Below are positions 1 through 11,881 of a stretch of 64,000 nucleotides of DNA, piece after piece (position 1 is the stretch's first letter; every line of letters begins with the position of its first letter). The notes under the pieces were generated by a model. That model searched no databases. It had not been told where the DNA came from and saw only the letters and a program-made list of their open reading frames with translations. The position numbers were made by a program, and so were the translations under genes. Source of the DNA: Carcharhinus amblyrhynchos (lineage: Eukaryota); contig OZ336887.1 in the NCBI GenBank assembly GCA_965287045.1, positions 10,788,001-10,852,000 on the forward strand. The letters are read 5' to 3'.

Positions 1-880
1 AAAGAAATGGAATGCCATCATATGAGTGTCAAGGGTGAGTACCCATACATCTGCTCCTGGCCTCAGTCCTGCTAGTTACCCCTGGAATGTCATCCTTAAT
101 CCCTAAATGCCATCTTGCACCTTCCCAATATCCGACTTCCCAATATCTTCTTCAGAGCCCCTGGCACGCCCCATCACAACCCCATTCTGCCAAGGCATGC
201 TGCCCACTTATGCCACCAGCTTTAAACCCTCTGACCCGCCAGGCATCGACTCATAATGTCCTCTGTGTCCCCGCAGGAAAGGTAGTCCACAATAAAGCAG
301 AGAGGGAAAAGATGGGCAGGGGATGCCCAAGTTGTGAGTCCTCACCCACCCATTGAGGAAAGAGTGTTGGAGATTGCAGGGAAGACCAGGAGCGAGCAGC
401 GACTGATAACGAGGTTGGCCTGCACCAGAGAAGTGAGGATCCACTGCAACTTACCCCAGATGACCAGTCTCAGACCCTTGTCTTTCCCATTCACTTAACC
501 CATGCCCCTTGACTTGCAGAATCTCCATCAGATTGGTTAGCACTGCTGCCTCACAGCACCAAGGAACCTGGATAGATTCCCGACTTGGGTCACTGTCTGT
601 GCAGTGTCCACGTTCTCCCTACGTCTGCATGGGTTTCCTCCGGGTGCTTCGGTTCCTCCAGAATGATGTGCTGGTTGGGTGCATTGGCCATGCTAAATTC
701 TCCCTCAGTGTACCCGAACATGTGCCAGAGTGTGGAGACAAGGGGATTTTCATTGTAAGCCTACTTCTGACACTCACAAATAAACATTAACTTTAGATGA
801 GGCTGGGCCATCTGGAGTCACTGGTCTCTGCAATCCAAGAGAACACCTTGGAGCAGAGCTCTGAGGAGGACGCTGAAGAA
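1..880 (+). mobile_element. Decayed PIF/Harbinger Myb/SANT-like (MSANTD-type) gene fragment with intron
   Basis: KKWNAII..VK then donor GTGAGT (35-40) and acceptor CCCCGCAG (276). Next exon reads KVVHNKAEREKMGRG..EERVLEIAG across frameshifts, resembling the Harbinger Myb motif EK.AHN.RER..TGGG..LT..EE..LEIAG. Acidic segment at about 800-880. Confidence 0.65.
534..795 (+). mobile_element. tRNA-derived V-SINE, tail type B
   Basis: TGGTTAGCACTGCTGCCTCACAGC head, V core (TTCTCCC..GTCTGCATGGGTTTCCTCCGGGTGCT), tail ending GTAAGCCTACTT.TGACAC..AAATAAAC. Confidence 0.85.
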
Positions 881-894
881 TATCATAGCTTTTA

Positions 895-2010
895 TCTTTT
901 GTTATTCATTCATGGGACATGGGCATCACTGGCTGGCCAGCATTTAGTGTCCATCCCTAGTTGTCCTTGAGAAGGTGATGTGAGTTGCCTTCTTGAATCG
1001 CTACAGTCCATGTTCTGTGGGTTGACCCTCAATGCTGTTAGGGTCGGAAATCCAGGATTTTGACTCAGCAACTGTGAAGGAATGGCAATATATTTCCAAG
1101 TCAGGATGGTGAGTGGCTTGGAGGGGAAATTGCAGGTGGTGGTGTTTCTACTGCCCTTGTCCTACTAGACGGAAGTGGTCATGGGTTTGGAAGGTGCTGT
1201 GTAAGGATCTTTGGTGAATTGCTGCAGTGCATCTTGTAGATAGTGTACATTGCTGCTACTGAGCATCAGTGCGTGGAGGGATTGAATGTTTGTAGATGTG
1301 GTGCCAATCAAGCGGGCTGTTTTGTCCTGGATGGTGTCAAGCTTCTTGTGTTTTGTTGGAACTGCAGCCATCCAGCCAAGTGGGGAGTATTCCGTCCCAC
1401 TCCTGACTTGTACCTTGTAGATGGTGGATAGGCTTTGGAGAATCAGGAGGTGAGTTACTTGCCGCAGTATTCCTCGCCTTTGACCCGCTCTTGTACCAGT
1501 GTGTTTATGCGGTGAGTCCAGTTGAGTTTCTGTTCAATGGTAACCCTAAGGATGTTGACAGTGGGGGATTCAGTGATGGTAACAACATTGAATGTCAATG
1601 GGTGGTGGTTAGAGTGTCTCTTGTTGGCGATGATCATTGCCTGGCATTTGTGTGGCATGAATGTTACTTACCACTTGTCAGCCCAAGCTTGGATATTGTC
1701 TGGATCTTGTTGCATTTGAACATGGACTGCTTCAGTATTTGAGGAGTCGCGAATGGTGCTGAACATTGTGCAATCATCGACGAGCATACCCACTTCTGAC
1801 CTTATGACAGAGAGAAGGTCATTGATGAAGCAGCTGAAGATTGCTGGGCCTAGGACACTACCCTGAGGGACTCCTGCAGAGATGTTCTGGAGCTGAGATG
1901 ACCGATCTTCCACAACCACAACCATCTTTCTATGTGCCAGGTATGACTCAAACCAGCGGAGAGTTTGCCCCTGATACCCACTGATTTCAGCTAAAGCTCC
2001 TTGATGCCAC
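895..2010 (-). mobile_element. 5'-truncated CR1-group LINE (family B), RT C-terminal half plus 3' UTR
   Basis: ORF 1668-2054 has VWHQG..WFESYL..GVPQGSVLGP..FINDL..(FA)DDC; 3' end CTAGGGATGG..AAATGCTGGCCAGCCAG..GTCCCATGAATGAAT. Confidence 0.9.
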
Positions 2011-2774
2011 ACCATTACCTCAGTGCACCATCCACTCAGCGTAGAGACACACACTTCCGCAGGAGATATTAGCAGACAGGCTTCTGGGTCACTATCTGGC
2101 GAGCACTATGCAGCTGTTGATGCACATCAGGCAGAGAGTAAGGAAGGTTTGTTTTGGAGGGCTTTTAAAAATTCAAAACATTTGGGGTTCTTCAAAAAAA
2201 ACGCATCCTTCGGGTGAATTTCCCTAAAGAACTTTGGAAATCCTTTTAAGCTACTGTGTGCCATTCAGATCCAGTGGAGGCACAAAGGTGGCAGCTAATG
2301 CCAAGACAAAGAAAGATTCATAGGATAGGATTGACATAAAAGAAATGGAAATAAAAGCAAGTGCACTGGGAGCCTACATGCCATGTACAATCATTGCACC
2401 ATGTTGCTGAAAGTTGTAAACTATTTGTGCGGCAATAAACAATGTTATATAGTTATTGGAATTTTCCTTTGTGAATTGACAGCAACACTGCTAACATAAA
2501 ATATTGGACATTGAAATAAAGCAGAGAGAATAGGTTTGCCTCCCGTCGGTGGTAGAATATAACATCACACATATATATGTATACACACATTTCCCAGGTT
2601 CACACTCTCTCTGGTGTCCTTTGCCTTTTGTACATGCACACGGACAGTGATTAACTAGTGTCATTAGACTAATCAATAATTGAGGATACGTTATGTATAA
2701 AAACACTAGTGATGATCTGGGATTGCGAATTTATTACAACCTCAACATTAGCCATTGTCACGTTGTTAAAATGG

Positions 2775-2965
2775 AAGACTTACATTTATTAAGTGTTTCT
2801 CAGAAATGTCTCAAATGTATCATACACAATTGAAGGCAATGATTCTTGTTATGTAGGGAAATATAGCTTTCATTTTGTGTGCAGCACAATTCCACAATAG
2901 CAATGAGATGAATGACCAAGTCATCCGTTTTTGGCTCTGCTCCACTCAGTACTGCATTGGATGTC
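2775..2965 (-). mobile_element. Old Deu-domain SINE fragment (SacSINE1-like)
   Basis: Degenerate reverse-complement match to the Deu-SINE 3' part seen at 23200-23335. Confidence 0.5.
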
Positions 2966-3038
2966 AAATCCATTTATCATATGCTTGGCTATACCGCTCC
3001 CATTGTATTGAAGAGTTTCATTCTATTTTTTCACTTAC

Positions 3039-3131
3039 TTGTCTATGAGTTGCTGATGATGTTACCGAGAGAGATAAACAACGAACAGCGGGATGATCAA
3101 GGAAATCAAAAGTCAGTGAATAATGTCCTGC
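3039..3131 (-). other. Candidate 93-nt exon (unverified)
   Basis: Minus-strand pyrimidine-rich acceptor ..TTTACAACAG| and donor |GTAAGT. One frame is open (AGHYSLTFDFLDHPAVRCLSLSVTSSATHRQ); no homology recognised. Confidence 0.25.
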
Positions 3132-3611
3132 CTGTTGTAAAGTTCCAGAAAATGATGGAAATGTTTCAGTTAAGCTCTGCAATGCATTCAAGTATTTGTT
3201 TTAAACCAGACTGGACAGCATCCACAATAAACTGGCAGATTTACATTGTTTAGGCAAGATTTTAACACACAGAAATTGTCGGAGTGATTGTCAGGGTGAT
3301 TTTCAAGTTAATTTACAGGAAGCGGCAGGCAGCCTGCACCTGGGGGATGCTCCATTCACTTTGAGAACAGCTTGGGAGGCAATGGAGGGCACTCAACCTT
3401 GACAACCACATGACTGCCAGAGTCAATTGCTGTAGAGAGCGTCATGATTGGCTGCTTCCTGGTGTAAAGAGAACTTACAAGGCATCAAATTCACAGATAT
3501 ATTATGACATAAATAACTTGCATTTTATCATCATCCATTGTGGCAATATGTTGAATAAATTCTGTCTGTACATTACGTCCTCAAAGTTAAAATTAATTAA
3601 TTGGTCATAAG

Positions 3612-3836
3612 TAAAGCTTACATTAACACTGCAGTGAAGTTACTGTGAAACTCCCCCAGTCACCACACTTCAGCGCCTGTTCAGGTCAATGCACCTAACT
3701 AGCAAGTCTTTCAGACTGTGGGAGGAACACACACAGACACGGGAGAACATGCAGACTCCACAGAGTGACCAAAGCTGGGAATTGAACCTGGGTCCCTGGC
3801 GCTGTGGGGCAGCAGTGCTGACCACTGTGCCACCAT
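3612..3836 (-). mobile_element. V-SINE, tail type B
   Basis: Reverse complement of head, V core and CACAGTAACTTCA.TGCAGTGTTAATGTAAGC tail. Confidence 0.85.
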
Positions 3837-4294
3837 CCTCTCTGACAGCATGATTTGCCATCTACGAGAGTCATTGAAGATGGATTGATGGTCCAGCACA
3901 TTTAAACTGTGCTGAGTTCCTGATTGCAGCTGTACTGTCCAGGGTTGGTCACAGAGCTTAGGAAGCTCCTGGGTATTTCCCCCGCAGGGGATTGCCTCTT
4001 GGCTTTTTGTCTAAGATCCAGCGTTGTTATATTTAGAGTGGGGAGGCTTGGTTTTCCTCATTAGTTGGGTGGCTTTGGTCTAACACAAATCACAGCAGAA
4101 GAATCAAACATGTAAACACAGTGAGTACTGAGTCAGAGTGACACTGTCAAACTGAATGGTCTCTCTCCTTGTGTTTGGGAACCATTCTGTGATTGTCAGA
4201 ATTTCTGGAACACCAGGAACAGTGATATTCCAGCATACATCTGCTTTGGGAAGCCAGGAGCAGTAAAATCACATGCGAAGAAGCTGTGACTACT

Positions 4295-4510
4295 ATCTTT
4301 GGAGCAAAGGAGATTGAGGGGAGGTTTGATAGAAGTGTGCAAAATTCTTGGTATGGATCATTGTGTTGATTGAGTCTGAGAGCTTGACTCTCAATAAAAT
4401 TGACGAGAAGAGGCTTACAGCTTTTAAAAAGCGGATCCAGCAAAAGGTCCTTTGAATCAGCTGGACAGAGTGAAGACCCCGATGGATTTATCTATTGGAA
4501 TATTGAGAGT
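4295..4510 (+). mobile_element. Old CR1 ORF2 C-terminal fragment
   Basis: TCTTTGGAGCAAAGGAGATTGAGGGGAGGTTTGATAGAAGTG, matching CR1 SLE.RRLRGDLIEV. Confidence 0.6.
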
Positions 4511-4511
4511 G

Positions 4512-4835
4512 GGGCAGCACAGTGGCACAGGGAGGCATGGTGGCACAGTGGTTAGCACTGCTGCCTCACAGCAACAGGGACCCATGTTTACTTCTAACCT
4601 GAGGTGACAGTTTGTGCGGAGATTGCACATTCTCCCCGTGTCTATGTGGGTTTCCTCCAGGTGCTCCAAAGATTTGTGGATTAGGTTGATTGGCCATGCT
4701 AAATTGTCCTTTAGTGTCAGGAGAATTAGCAGGGTAAATGCGTGGGGTTATGGGGATAGTGCCTGGGTGGAATTGTTATTAGTGCAGACTTGATGGGTCG
4801 AATGGCCTCCTTCTGCATTGCAGGGATTCTATGAG
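4512..4835 (+). mobile_element. HE1-like V-SINE, tail type A (CR1/HER1-like)
   Basis: A box TGGCACAGTGG, V core, tail GAATGGCCTCCTTCTGCA..GGGATTCTATGA. Confidence 0.85.
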
Positions 4836-5069
4836 AGTCTGAGCATCTCAGGAGCTTTGACCTGAAGTGAAGAAGTGGAAATGGAGAAAGTCCAACCACT
4901 GGAAAAGGTAGGATGAGTGTGCTGTTTGCAACAATAGAAGATGAAACATCAGGAAAGAACAAGCCAGGTTGGAGAAGGACTGGGTGGGTGAACAACATCA
5001 GAAACCAGATGAATGGAGGAATGACAATGGTGCACAGAATTGCACTGAACAGGGATTCCACATGAACTA

Positions 5070-5420
5070 TGCCTAATATGGGTGGTACAAGATTATGATA
5101 GGTTTAGATGGGGCAGACAAAGTTGTTTCCATTAGCTGATGGTACAAGGACTGTGGCACATAGATTTGCGGAAGAGATCCAGGAAAGATGTGAGAGAGAA
5201 ATCTTTTAGGTATTGAATGATAATGACATGGAACTTGCCACCAATGAAGGAAGCAGAAATAATCAATGAATTCTAAAGGAAATTGGATGGACACTTGATG
5301 GAATCAACCTTGCAGGGTTACAGGAGAAACTGGGGAAGAGACACTGACTAGATTTCTGTATGGAGAGCTAGTAGGGACTCGCTGGAAAGAATGGCCTTCT
5401 CTTGCACTGTAATGACTAAC
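5070..5420 (+). mobile_element. Old CR1 3' end
   Basis: Degenerate YKIM.G.D..FP..GH coding remnant and 3' UTR GAATGGCCTTCT. Confidence 0.6.
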
Positions 5421-6209
5421 ACTCTTATGGAGGCCAGAGGAAAAAGACAGCACTGACAGTGGACACTCAATCTTATTGCCTTACACAACACTGCTGCTAT
5501 CACCCTGGTGGAAGTATATCACTGTGAAAGAGCTGGAGTGGTCATTCACCCTATTGTTAGTCTGGCGTTCACATAGTGAGATGTAGCAAAGCCAGTGAAA
5601 AGCTAGTGGTGAGCCCCCTTTTGAAACAATTGCAGTCCAACTGGTTTAGGTACACCCATAAGTCAAAATGGTGTGCAGCTCAGAGGAGAATTTGCAGGTC
5701 CAGTATGCAAGAACAGAACAAAGGGCTGGGGGCTGAATAAATGATGATTTTGACAGGACTTTGAACCATATATATGTTTATTTAAAGGTGTCTTCTGTAA
5801 AAACCACTACATGATCTGCTTTGTCCTCAGGGCAATTTGCCAAGGTTAAGGCCAACTGACTGCTCTTTTAGGTGGTCACGAGTGTCTCCACAGGCCACTG
5901 ATCTGGCTAAGGGACAATGATTGCTGTTCTGCTGATGGAAGTGCTTTACCTTCACTGAACTAAAGAAGGCAATGGGTGATAGTCTCATTGCAGTGGTTCA
6001 ACTGCATCATCAGTGAGGCTGGATGAGCCAGCAGATATACCAACAAAATGGATGCTACTTCCAGGCTCCTAACGGAAACAGCAGAACGTGCCAAGCTGTG
6101 CGAGGTCTTCGACAATCTGCAGATTTAGTGTTACCTGCTTGAGACCCCCAAAAAAATCAGCAAACATCTGAGGGAGTCAAAAAGGGATTACAAAGGTTGG
6201 AGAATCCTG

Positions 6210-7665
6210 AAACTCCTTGTTGAGCAATGCTCCTTCTCAACTGTTTGTGAGAATCTGGTCATCAGATGCAAAGTGTTTTCAGTGTTGTCGTACATGACAC
6301 AGGTCTGGCCCATACCTCAGTCCAGCATGTGACAATCAAATACACCATCTTTCATTTTATCTGGAGTTTGAAAATGGACTATATCTGCACAAATATTTAA
6401 ACCTTCAGATAAAAGGAGGAAAACACCCTCACAATGGCTTCATCCTGAATGGCACATTGTGTGTGGCTGCATCAAGCTCTGCAGAGATGCTCAGTTAACC
6501 AACACAGTGTCACTACATGCCAGGTTCTATCTGCCCCTGGTGTTCCAAAAGATGGATCTGGCCAGTTCCCCACAAAATTCTCCATTCAGTTGGACTGCAC
6601 CATACGACCTGTCATTGGTTTGTGCATAAAAACACCTCATTTCAATGAGGCAGTGGTCCCTATATTCGACAACTTGAAAACCCTAAGGAGAAAGGAAATG
6701 CTGGATCCTATCAGACGGTTTACTGAGCATACTGTTAGAGTCATTTGGTAGAATGCTTCATCACAAGAACTTTCAACCAAGCATTTGAATAGTGGTGAGG
6801 ACACTCTGCATCAAATCCTTCGTGCACACCCAGAGTTGCAGTGCCATCATACTGTGTTCTTTCGGTGGCTGAAATATGGTAGAGTTCATTTGCAAAGGAT
6901 GCTTGGAAAGAGGTGCAGTAGTTTTTTGTCACGATTCATCCTAAGCAGGATTCTGTCCTTGATGTCCTGTTCTCAAGGATGTACACTGAGATAAATATCA
7001 ACTGGTGCTACCGGAGTTGAGGGGGTTGAGCTATGAGGAGAGGCTGAATAAACTAGGCTTGTACTCGTTAGAGTTTAGAAGAATGAGGGGAGATCTCATT
7101 GAGACGTATAAGATGATGAATGGGATGGATAGGATAGAGGTGGAGAGACTCTTCCCGCTCAGAAAGGATAGTAGGACTAGGGGGCACAGCCTCAAGATAA
7201 AGGGGGGGGCGGTTTAGAACGGAGTTGAGGAGGAACTTCTTCACTCAAAGGGTGGTGAATCTCTGGAATTCTCTGCCCGTTGAAGTGGTGGAGGCTACCT
7301 CGCTAGATATTTTTAAGATGCGGGTTGATGGGTTTTTGATAAGAGAGGGGATTAAGGGTTATGGGGAGAGGGCGGGAATGTGGAACTGAGCCACGACAGA
7401 TCAGCCATGATCTTATTGAATGGCGGGGCAGGCTCGAAGGACTAGATGGCCTACTCCTGCTCCTATTTCTTATGTTCTTAACTTGGTGAACAATACATTT
7501 TGGAATATCCAAAACCTCTTGGTCTTCTAATGCAAGGAGCTAACCACAACTGAGTACTGTAGACCTACATATTCTAAGGTCCAGGACTATGAGCTCAGGG
7601 ATGTATTGAAGAATGTGGCAACTGCCACAAAGGCTCCATGGAAATTGGCCACATTTCAAGGCCCT
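6210..7665 (+). mobile_element. Decayed Tx1 (L1-clade) ORF2 C-terminal region, interrupted by CR1
   Basis: Translates to NLVIRCKVFSVLSYMTQVWPIP.. and, after the CR1 insert, NLVNNTFWNIQNLLVF..KELTTTEYCR..SKVQDYELRD, typical of vertebrate Tx1 C-termini. Confidence 0.7.
7007..7480 (+). mobile_element. Young CR1 LINE 3' end (copy 1)
   Basis: Near-identical to 17250-17715; ends TTCTTATGTTCTT. Confidence 0.95.
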
Positions 7666-7754
7666 CACAGTATAGTACACTGAAGGTCTGGAACTAGCGT
7701 AAAACTCCTTGGGCCGTATATATCAGGAGATGTTCAATGTAAGAGTTAGCAACT

Positions 7755-8300
7755 AGCGTGGCAGATGGCATGTTTGGCTTAATTGCAAGTGGGTTGGAGG
7801 TCTTGTTGAAACCACACCTGGAGTTTCTGTACAATTTTGGTCTCATACTTAAGGAAGAGTACGCTTTCTTTTGAGGCAGTGGAATAAAAGCTCAGTAGAT
7901 CTATTTTTGACTTGAGAGGAAGGCAAGGTTGACTAGAATGTGCTTATTTTCTCTGGTGTTTGGAAGAATGTTGAGAGATTGTTCCTCCTGGTTGGAGAGT
8001 TGAGAAGTAGCGGACATAGTCCAGGATAAAGTGATAGCCATTTCAGACTGAGATGAGGAGAAATTTCTTCACTGGTGAGAGTCGAGAATCTTTTCAATTC
8101 TCCCCCAGACGTGTTCTGGATGCTTAGTTGTTGAATGCATTCACAGCTGAGACGGTTCAATTTTTGGGCTTTAAGGGGGTCAGGAATATGGATGGAGATT
8201 GGGTAGGAAAGTGGAAGTTGAGGTGGAGGATCAGCCATGATCTTATTTAAATGGTGGATCAGACTTCAAGGGGCTTTGTTGCCAATTTCTTATGCTGTGG
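7755..8300 (+). mobile_element. Old CR1 3' fragment
   Basis: PHLE..VQFWS and RTEMRRNFFT remnants; GATCAGCCATGATCTTATT 3' UTR motif. Confidence 0.75.
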
Positions 8301-8558
8301 AATGTAAATGTGGTCTGCGATGCGAGTGTCATGGGGCACTCCAAGTTATCATTTATTGTAGCGTGGCAAATAGTGAACAGCCACATCTGAATTGCACTGT
8401 GCTTTGACATATTTATATATATTGTTGGGAAAAAAGATCCATTCCTCTCAAATGAAAGGAAACATTTTGAAAGACGCCCCAGAGTGAGTAAGAGCACTGA
8501 GAATTGCTGCTGTTTCTGCTCTGGGGTGATTCATCTCCAGGAACCATGGACAAGGCTG

Positions 8559-8631
8559 GTTACCATGGCGACCAACGGCTGGGCCGAAAGCACCGCCTTA
8601 TTGACACGGACTGTGATGATATCCCCGCCCC
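8559..8631. promoter_or_regulatory. RFX X-box plus GC box, putative promoter or enhancer
   Basis: GTTACCATGGCGAC (8559-8572) is a near-palindromic X-box; CCCCGCCCC (8623-8631); locally CpG-retaining, non-repeat context. Confidence 0.45.
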
Positions 8632-8785
8632 ATTTACCACTACCACAAACTCCCTGCTTTCACTGACTGATCCCCAAACTAACCAGCAGCTCATCAATTC
8701 CTTTCCTGATATACTCTCACCTTTCCCTTTATCCATGGTGGTCCCCGCGAAGAAGCATGGGACTGAGGTCATGAGCTATGGGCAT

Positions 8786-8925
8786 CATGGGATTGAGGTC
8801 AACTGGCCACAGGGGAACCGAGCCTCATGGGATTGAGGTCAACTGGCCACGGGGAGCAGAGCCTCATGGGATTGAGATCAGTGGTCATGGGAGAGCAGAG
8901 CCTCATGAGGTGGAAGTCAATTGGC
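8786..8925. repeat. Minisatellite, 39-40 bp unit, about 3.5 copies
   Basis: CATGGGATTGAGGTCAACTGGCCAC(A)GGGGA.C.GAGCCT units start at 8786, 8826, 8865 and 8904. Confidence 0.9.
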
Positions 8926-9166
8926 TGAAATAAAACTCAAGCAAATACCTCGAAAGTAGGAATTAATTTAATTTTATTTTCAAATGAAGTATGTTTAACG
9001 CTACAATTCTTTTAAAATGTTCATCAAAAGCCTATGACTTCCATTTTCAGCAACTATTCAGAAAGGTTGACAATTTAGGCCTCTAGTGTGTTGTGGCCTT
9101 CACTCTCACACACAGGTGGTTTGTACTGACACAAACTCACCACTTACACCCTGCAGAAGTCACACT

Positions 9167-9436
9167 CGGGATCTCAACCCTTCAGGATTGTCCAGGACTC
9201 TGCATAGGAATTAAAGATCAGTTTCCTCCTGGATTCTCTTGTCAACAGCCCATGATAAATCATAGGGCCAGTTAAAAAAGGTTTTTTTTTGCATTTTCTT
9301 TGAACAATTTTGTTGTTGCAAATGAAAGAAGTAATGGAGGCGGTGGAAAAGACTGTTCAGGTGGGCAATGCGATCAGAGACGGGAAGTTATCTAATGAAA
9401 TGTCCAGGACCCCAAAAGTCAGAGTTGCCAATCCAG
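9167..9436. mobile_element. Old non-autonomous DNA transposon, possibly hAT-Blackjack-like
   Basis: Degenerate termini resembling AGGGTTGCCAACCC..GAGTTGGCAACCCT; related sequence at about 13860-14185. Confidence 0.3.
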
Positions 9437-9844
9437 GTCAAATAAAAGTTAATTTTATTCTATTGGTCAGACCTGGTTTTTGAGCCTTGGTCCTTTCAGG
9501 CTCTTCCCTTTATTACGAATACCATTACTGAATTTTATATTTCCACAGGTCAATCTCTCTTGGTATTGTTTACAGACAAATCAAGGACAAAGCATGGTCT
9601 TTAGATCATTTGAAGTTAGGGAAACAGGTTGCACACACAATGCCATACATTCTGCTCTTACAGCGGAAGTTAATTGGTTCCCTGAGAGGATTAAACAAAC
9701 TGGGCTGATAAGAAGCATTTCGATGGGCAAAATGAGATTAGAATAGATAGCTACTTGATGGCCTGCGAAAACATAATGGGCCAAAGGGTCTCTATTTGTG
9801 CTATATGACCAAAACATACTAGATTTGGAAGCGGTGTAGGCACT

Positions 9845-10475
9845 CAGGTTGATTCTCCTGGCTGGGGAATCTAGAAATCAGTGCCACAATCTCAGGATAA
9901 GAGGCGTCTGATGATTTTATACTGAGATGAGAAAGCCTGTCACTCAAAGGGTTGTGAATCTTTGGAACTCTTTACTCCAGAGGGTTGTGGATGCTCTATT
10001 GTTTATTGTATTTAAAGCTGAGATAGATGAATTTTTGGTCTTTCAGGGAGAGAAGGAATACGGGGAGCAAGGGTTTAACTCAGTTGGCTGGACGCCTGGT
10101 TTGTGATGCAGAGTGATGCCAACAGTGTGGGTTCAATTCCCATAATGGCTGAGGTAATTCATGAAGGCCTGCCTTCTCAACCTCACCTGAGTTGTGGCAA
10201 TTCTTGGGTTAAATCACCCCCAGTCAGCTTTTCCCCTCAAAGGGGAGGAAACAGCCTATGGTCATCTGGGATTATAGAAACCTTGTGGGGAGTGATTGAG
10301 AAGGTTTCCTTTTATTCATTCATGGGACATGGGCGCTGCTGGCTGGCCAGCATTTATTGTTCATCCCTAACTGCTTTTGAGAAGGTGGTGATGGAGTTGA
10401 AACTGAAAATTAGCCATGATGGTGTTGAATGATGGAAAAGTTTTGTCTGGCTGTTACTATTTCTGATGTTCTTAC
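9845..10475 (+). mobile_element. Old CR1 3' end interrupted by a SINE and a LINE-B tail
   Basis: GAATCTAGAA..TEMR..TQRVVNLWNS remnant; 3' UTR resumes at about 10395. Confidence 0.7.
10068..10285 (+). mobile_element. tRNA-derived SINE (family D)
   Basis: A box TAACTCAGTTGG, B box GGTTCAATTCC, distinct body ending CCTATGGTCATCTGGGA. Confidence 0.7.
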
Positions 10476-10744
10476 TTAATATTCCCATTTAAATTCATAT
10501 GCCCTTACTTATTTAGCCCATTTAAGTTTAGGCTGTAATTACACACTCAGGTCAGAGGGGATGGTGTGGCTTCTCCAGCTGATTTCCAAATATTTGTGAG
10601 CTGGAAGGAGATGATGTTGATCAAAAACATTTTGCCAACAGCCAGAAATTGAACAAGCATCCCATGAAATGCTTCTCTCTTTGAACGTTGATGATCATCA
10701 GATGCACTGAGACTTCTAACAGTCTACAGAAGAAACATTAGTTG

Positions 10745-11062
10745 AGGGAAGCCACAGTGGCACTGCTGCCTCACAGCTCCAGGGCTCTGGGTTCGATTAC
10801 CCGCTTGGATCACAGTGTGAAGTTTGTATGTTCTCCCCATGTCTATGTGCTCCAGTTTCCTCCCATACTCCACAGATGTGTGGATTAGATATATTGGCCA
10901 TCCTAAATTTCCCCTGAATGTCCAGGGATGCATAGGTAAGAGGGATTAGCAGCGTAATTATGTGGGGTTACAGGGATAGAGCCTAGGTGGAATTGTTGTT
11001 GGTGCAGACTCAATGGGCTGAATGGCCTCCTTCTGCACAGTAAGGTTTTTATGATTCTATTC
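10745..11062 (+). mobile_element. HE1-like V-SINE, tail type A
   Basis: Head, V core and ATGATTCTATTCT tail. Confidence 0.85.
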
Positions 11063-11881
11063 TGTGAAGGTTGTTGAGTTAGAAAAAAAAGGATGCCTTT
11101 GGATTTTACCTTTTATCAAAAAGGTCATTAGAAGTATCAAGGACGCGGCTTACTGGAGGGCTACCTAATGATTTACATTTATAGAAACATAATGCCAGAC
11201 CAACCTTTAGAAGGATTTCCTTTCATGTGTCAAGTTGCACTTATTGATGGTTAAGCCTGCTGCGCAGCATTGAACTTGGCCAAATTGAGTGGGATTATGT
11301 TCACACATTTGGACCAGCTTATACGGAGGTGAAGATGTGGTTGAAAATCCAACTGATGTGTGCTTTCAGGATTTTAAAGGATAATTACATCAATGTAATA
11401 ATCTTACCTAGGCCAACTTTCAGCCACCAATCACCCTTATTTACAGTGTTCGAAATGCCATTCCACAGCTATAGAGTACAGGTCGGCTTCAAGTCTATCG
11501 ACTGCTGTCCTGAATAGAGCCAGCTGATTTGAAACCCCTCATTCCCCACCGCTGATCCTTCCCTTTTGGCAGAGCCTCCACTCACCAAATAGAGAAGCTT
11601 GTATTCTCCCTGTCCCATGGGAAGATGTTTTGTGGATCCCCCCATGGCCATCGTAACAGTCAGTATCTGAAGTATAGAAATGCTTAAAAGTAACCTGAAT
11701 GTATTTTTTTTTAATAGAAATAAATACAGATTTCCAGGACAGTACTCTAGGGAACCTTAAAAATGCCCAAATACATCAGTGATTAGTGCACAAGGTGGAG
11801 TGGCTATTTTGGAAGGGGTTTGCACAGGTTTCTGTGGGGCTCCTGTTTGTCCTTTCCAGCATTGGTTGGAATAATGCTACG

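Noticed and set aside
4512-4600. tRNA-like A/B boxes (many copies)
   Set aside because: These are SINE heads, not cloverleaf tRNA genes.
8298-8320. TGGAATGTAAA resembling the miR-1/206 5' end
   Set aside because: The 3' half does not match and there is no hairpin partner.
8504-8836. 110-aa ORF (..MDKAGYHGDQ..) after a CTCCAG acceptor-like site
   Set aside because: No recognisable homology. It runs into a minisatellite, and the YHGD codons are simply the X-box sequence.
8786-8925. Possible CRISPR-like array
   Set aside because: Contiguous tandem units with no unique spacers, in a vertebrate context with no cas genes.
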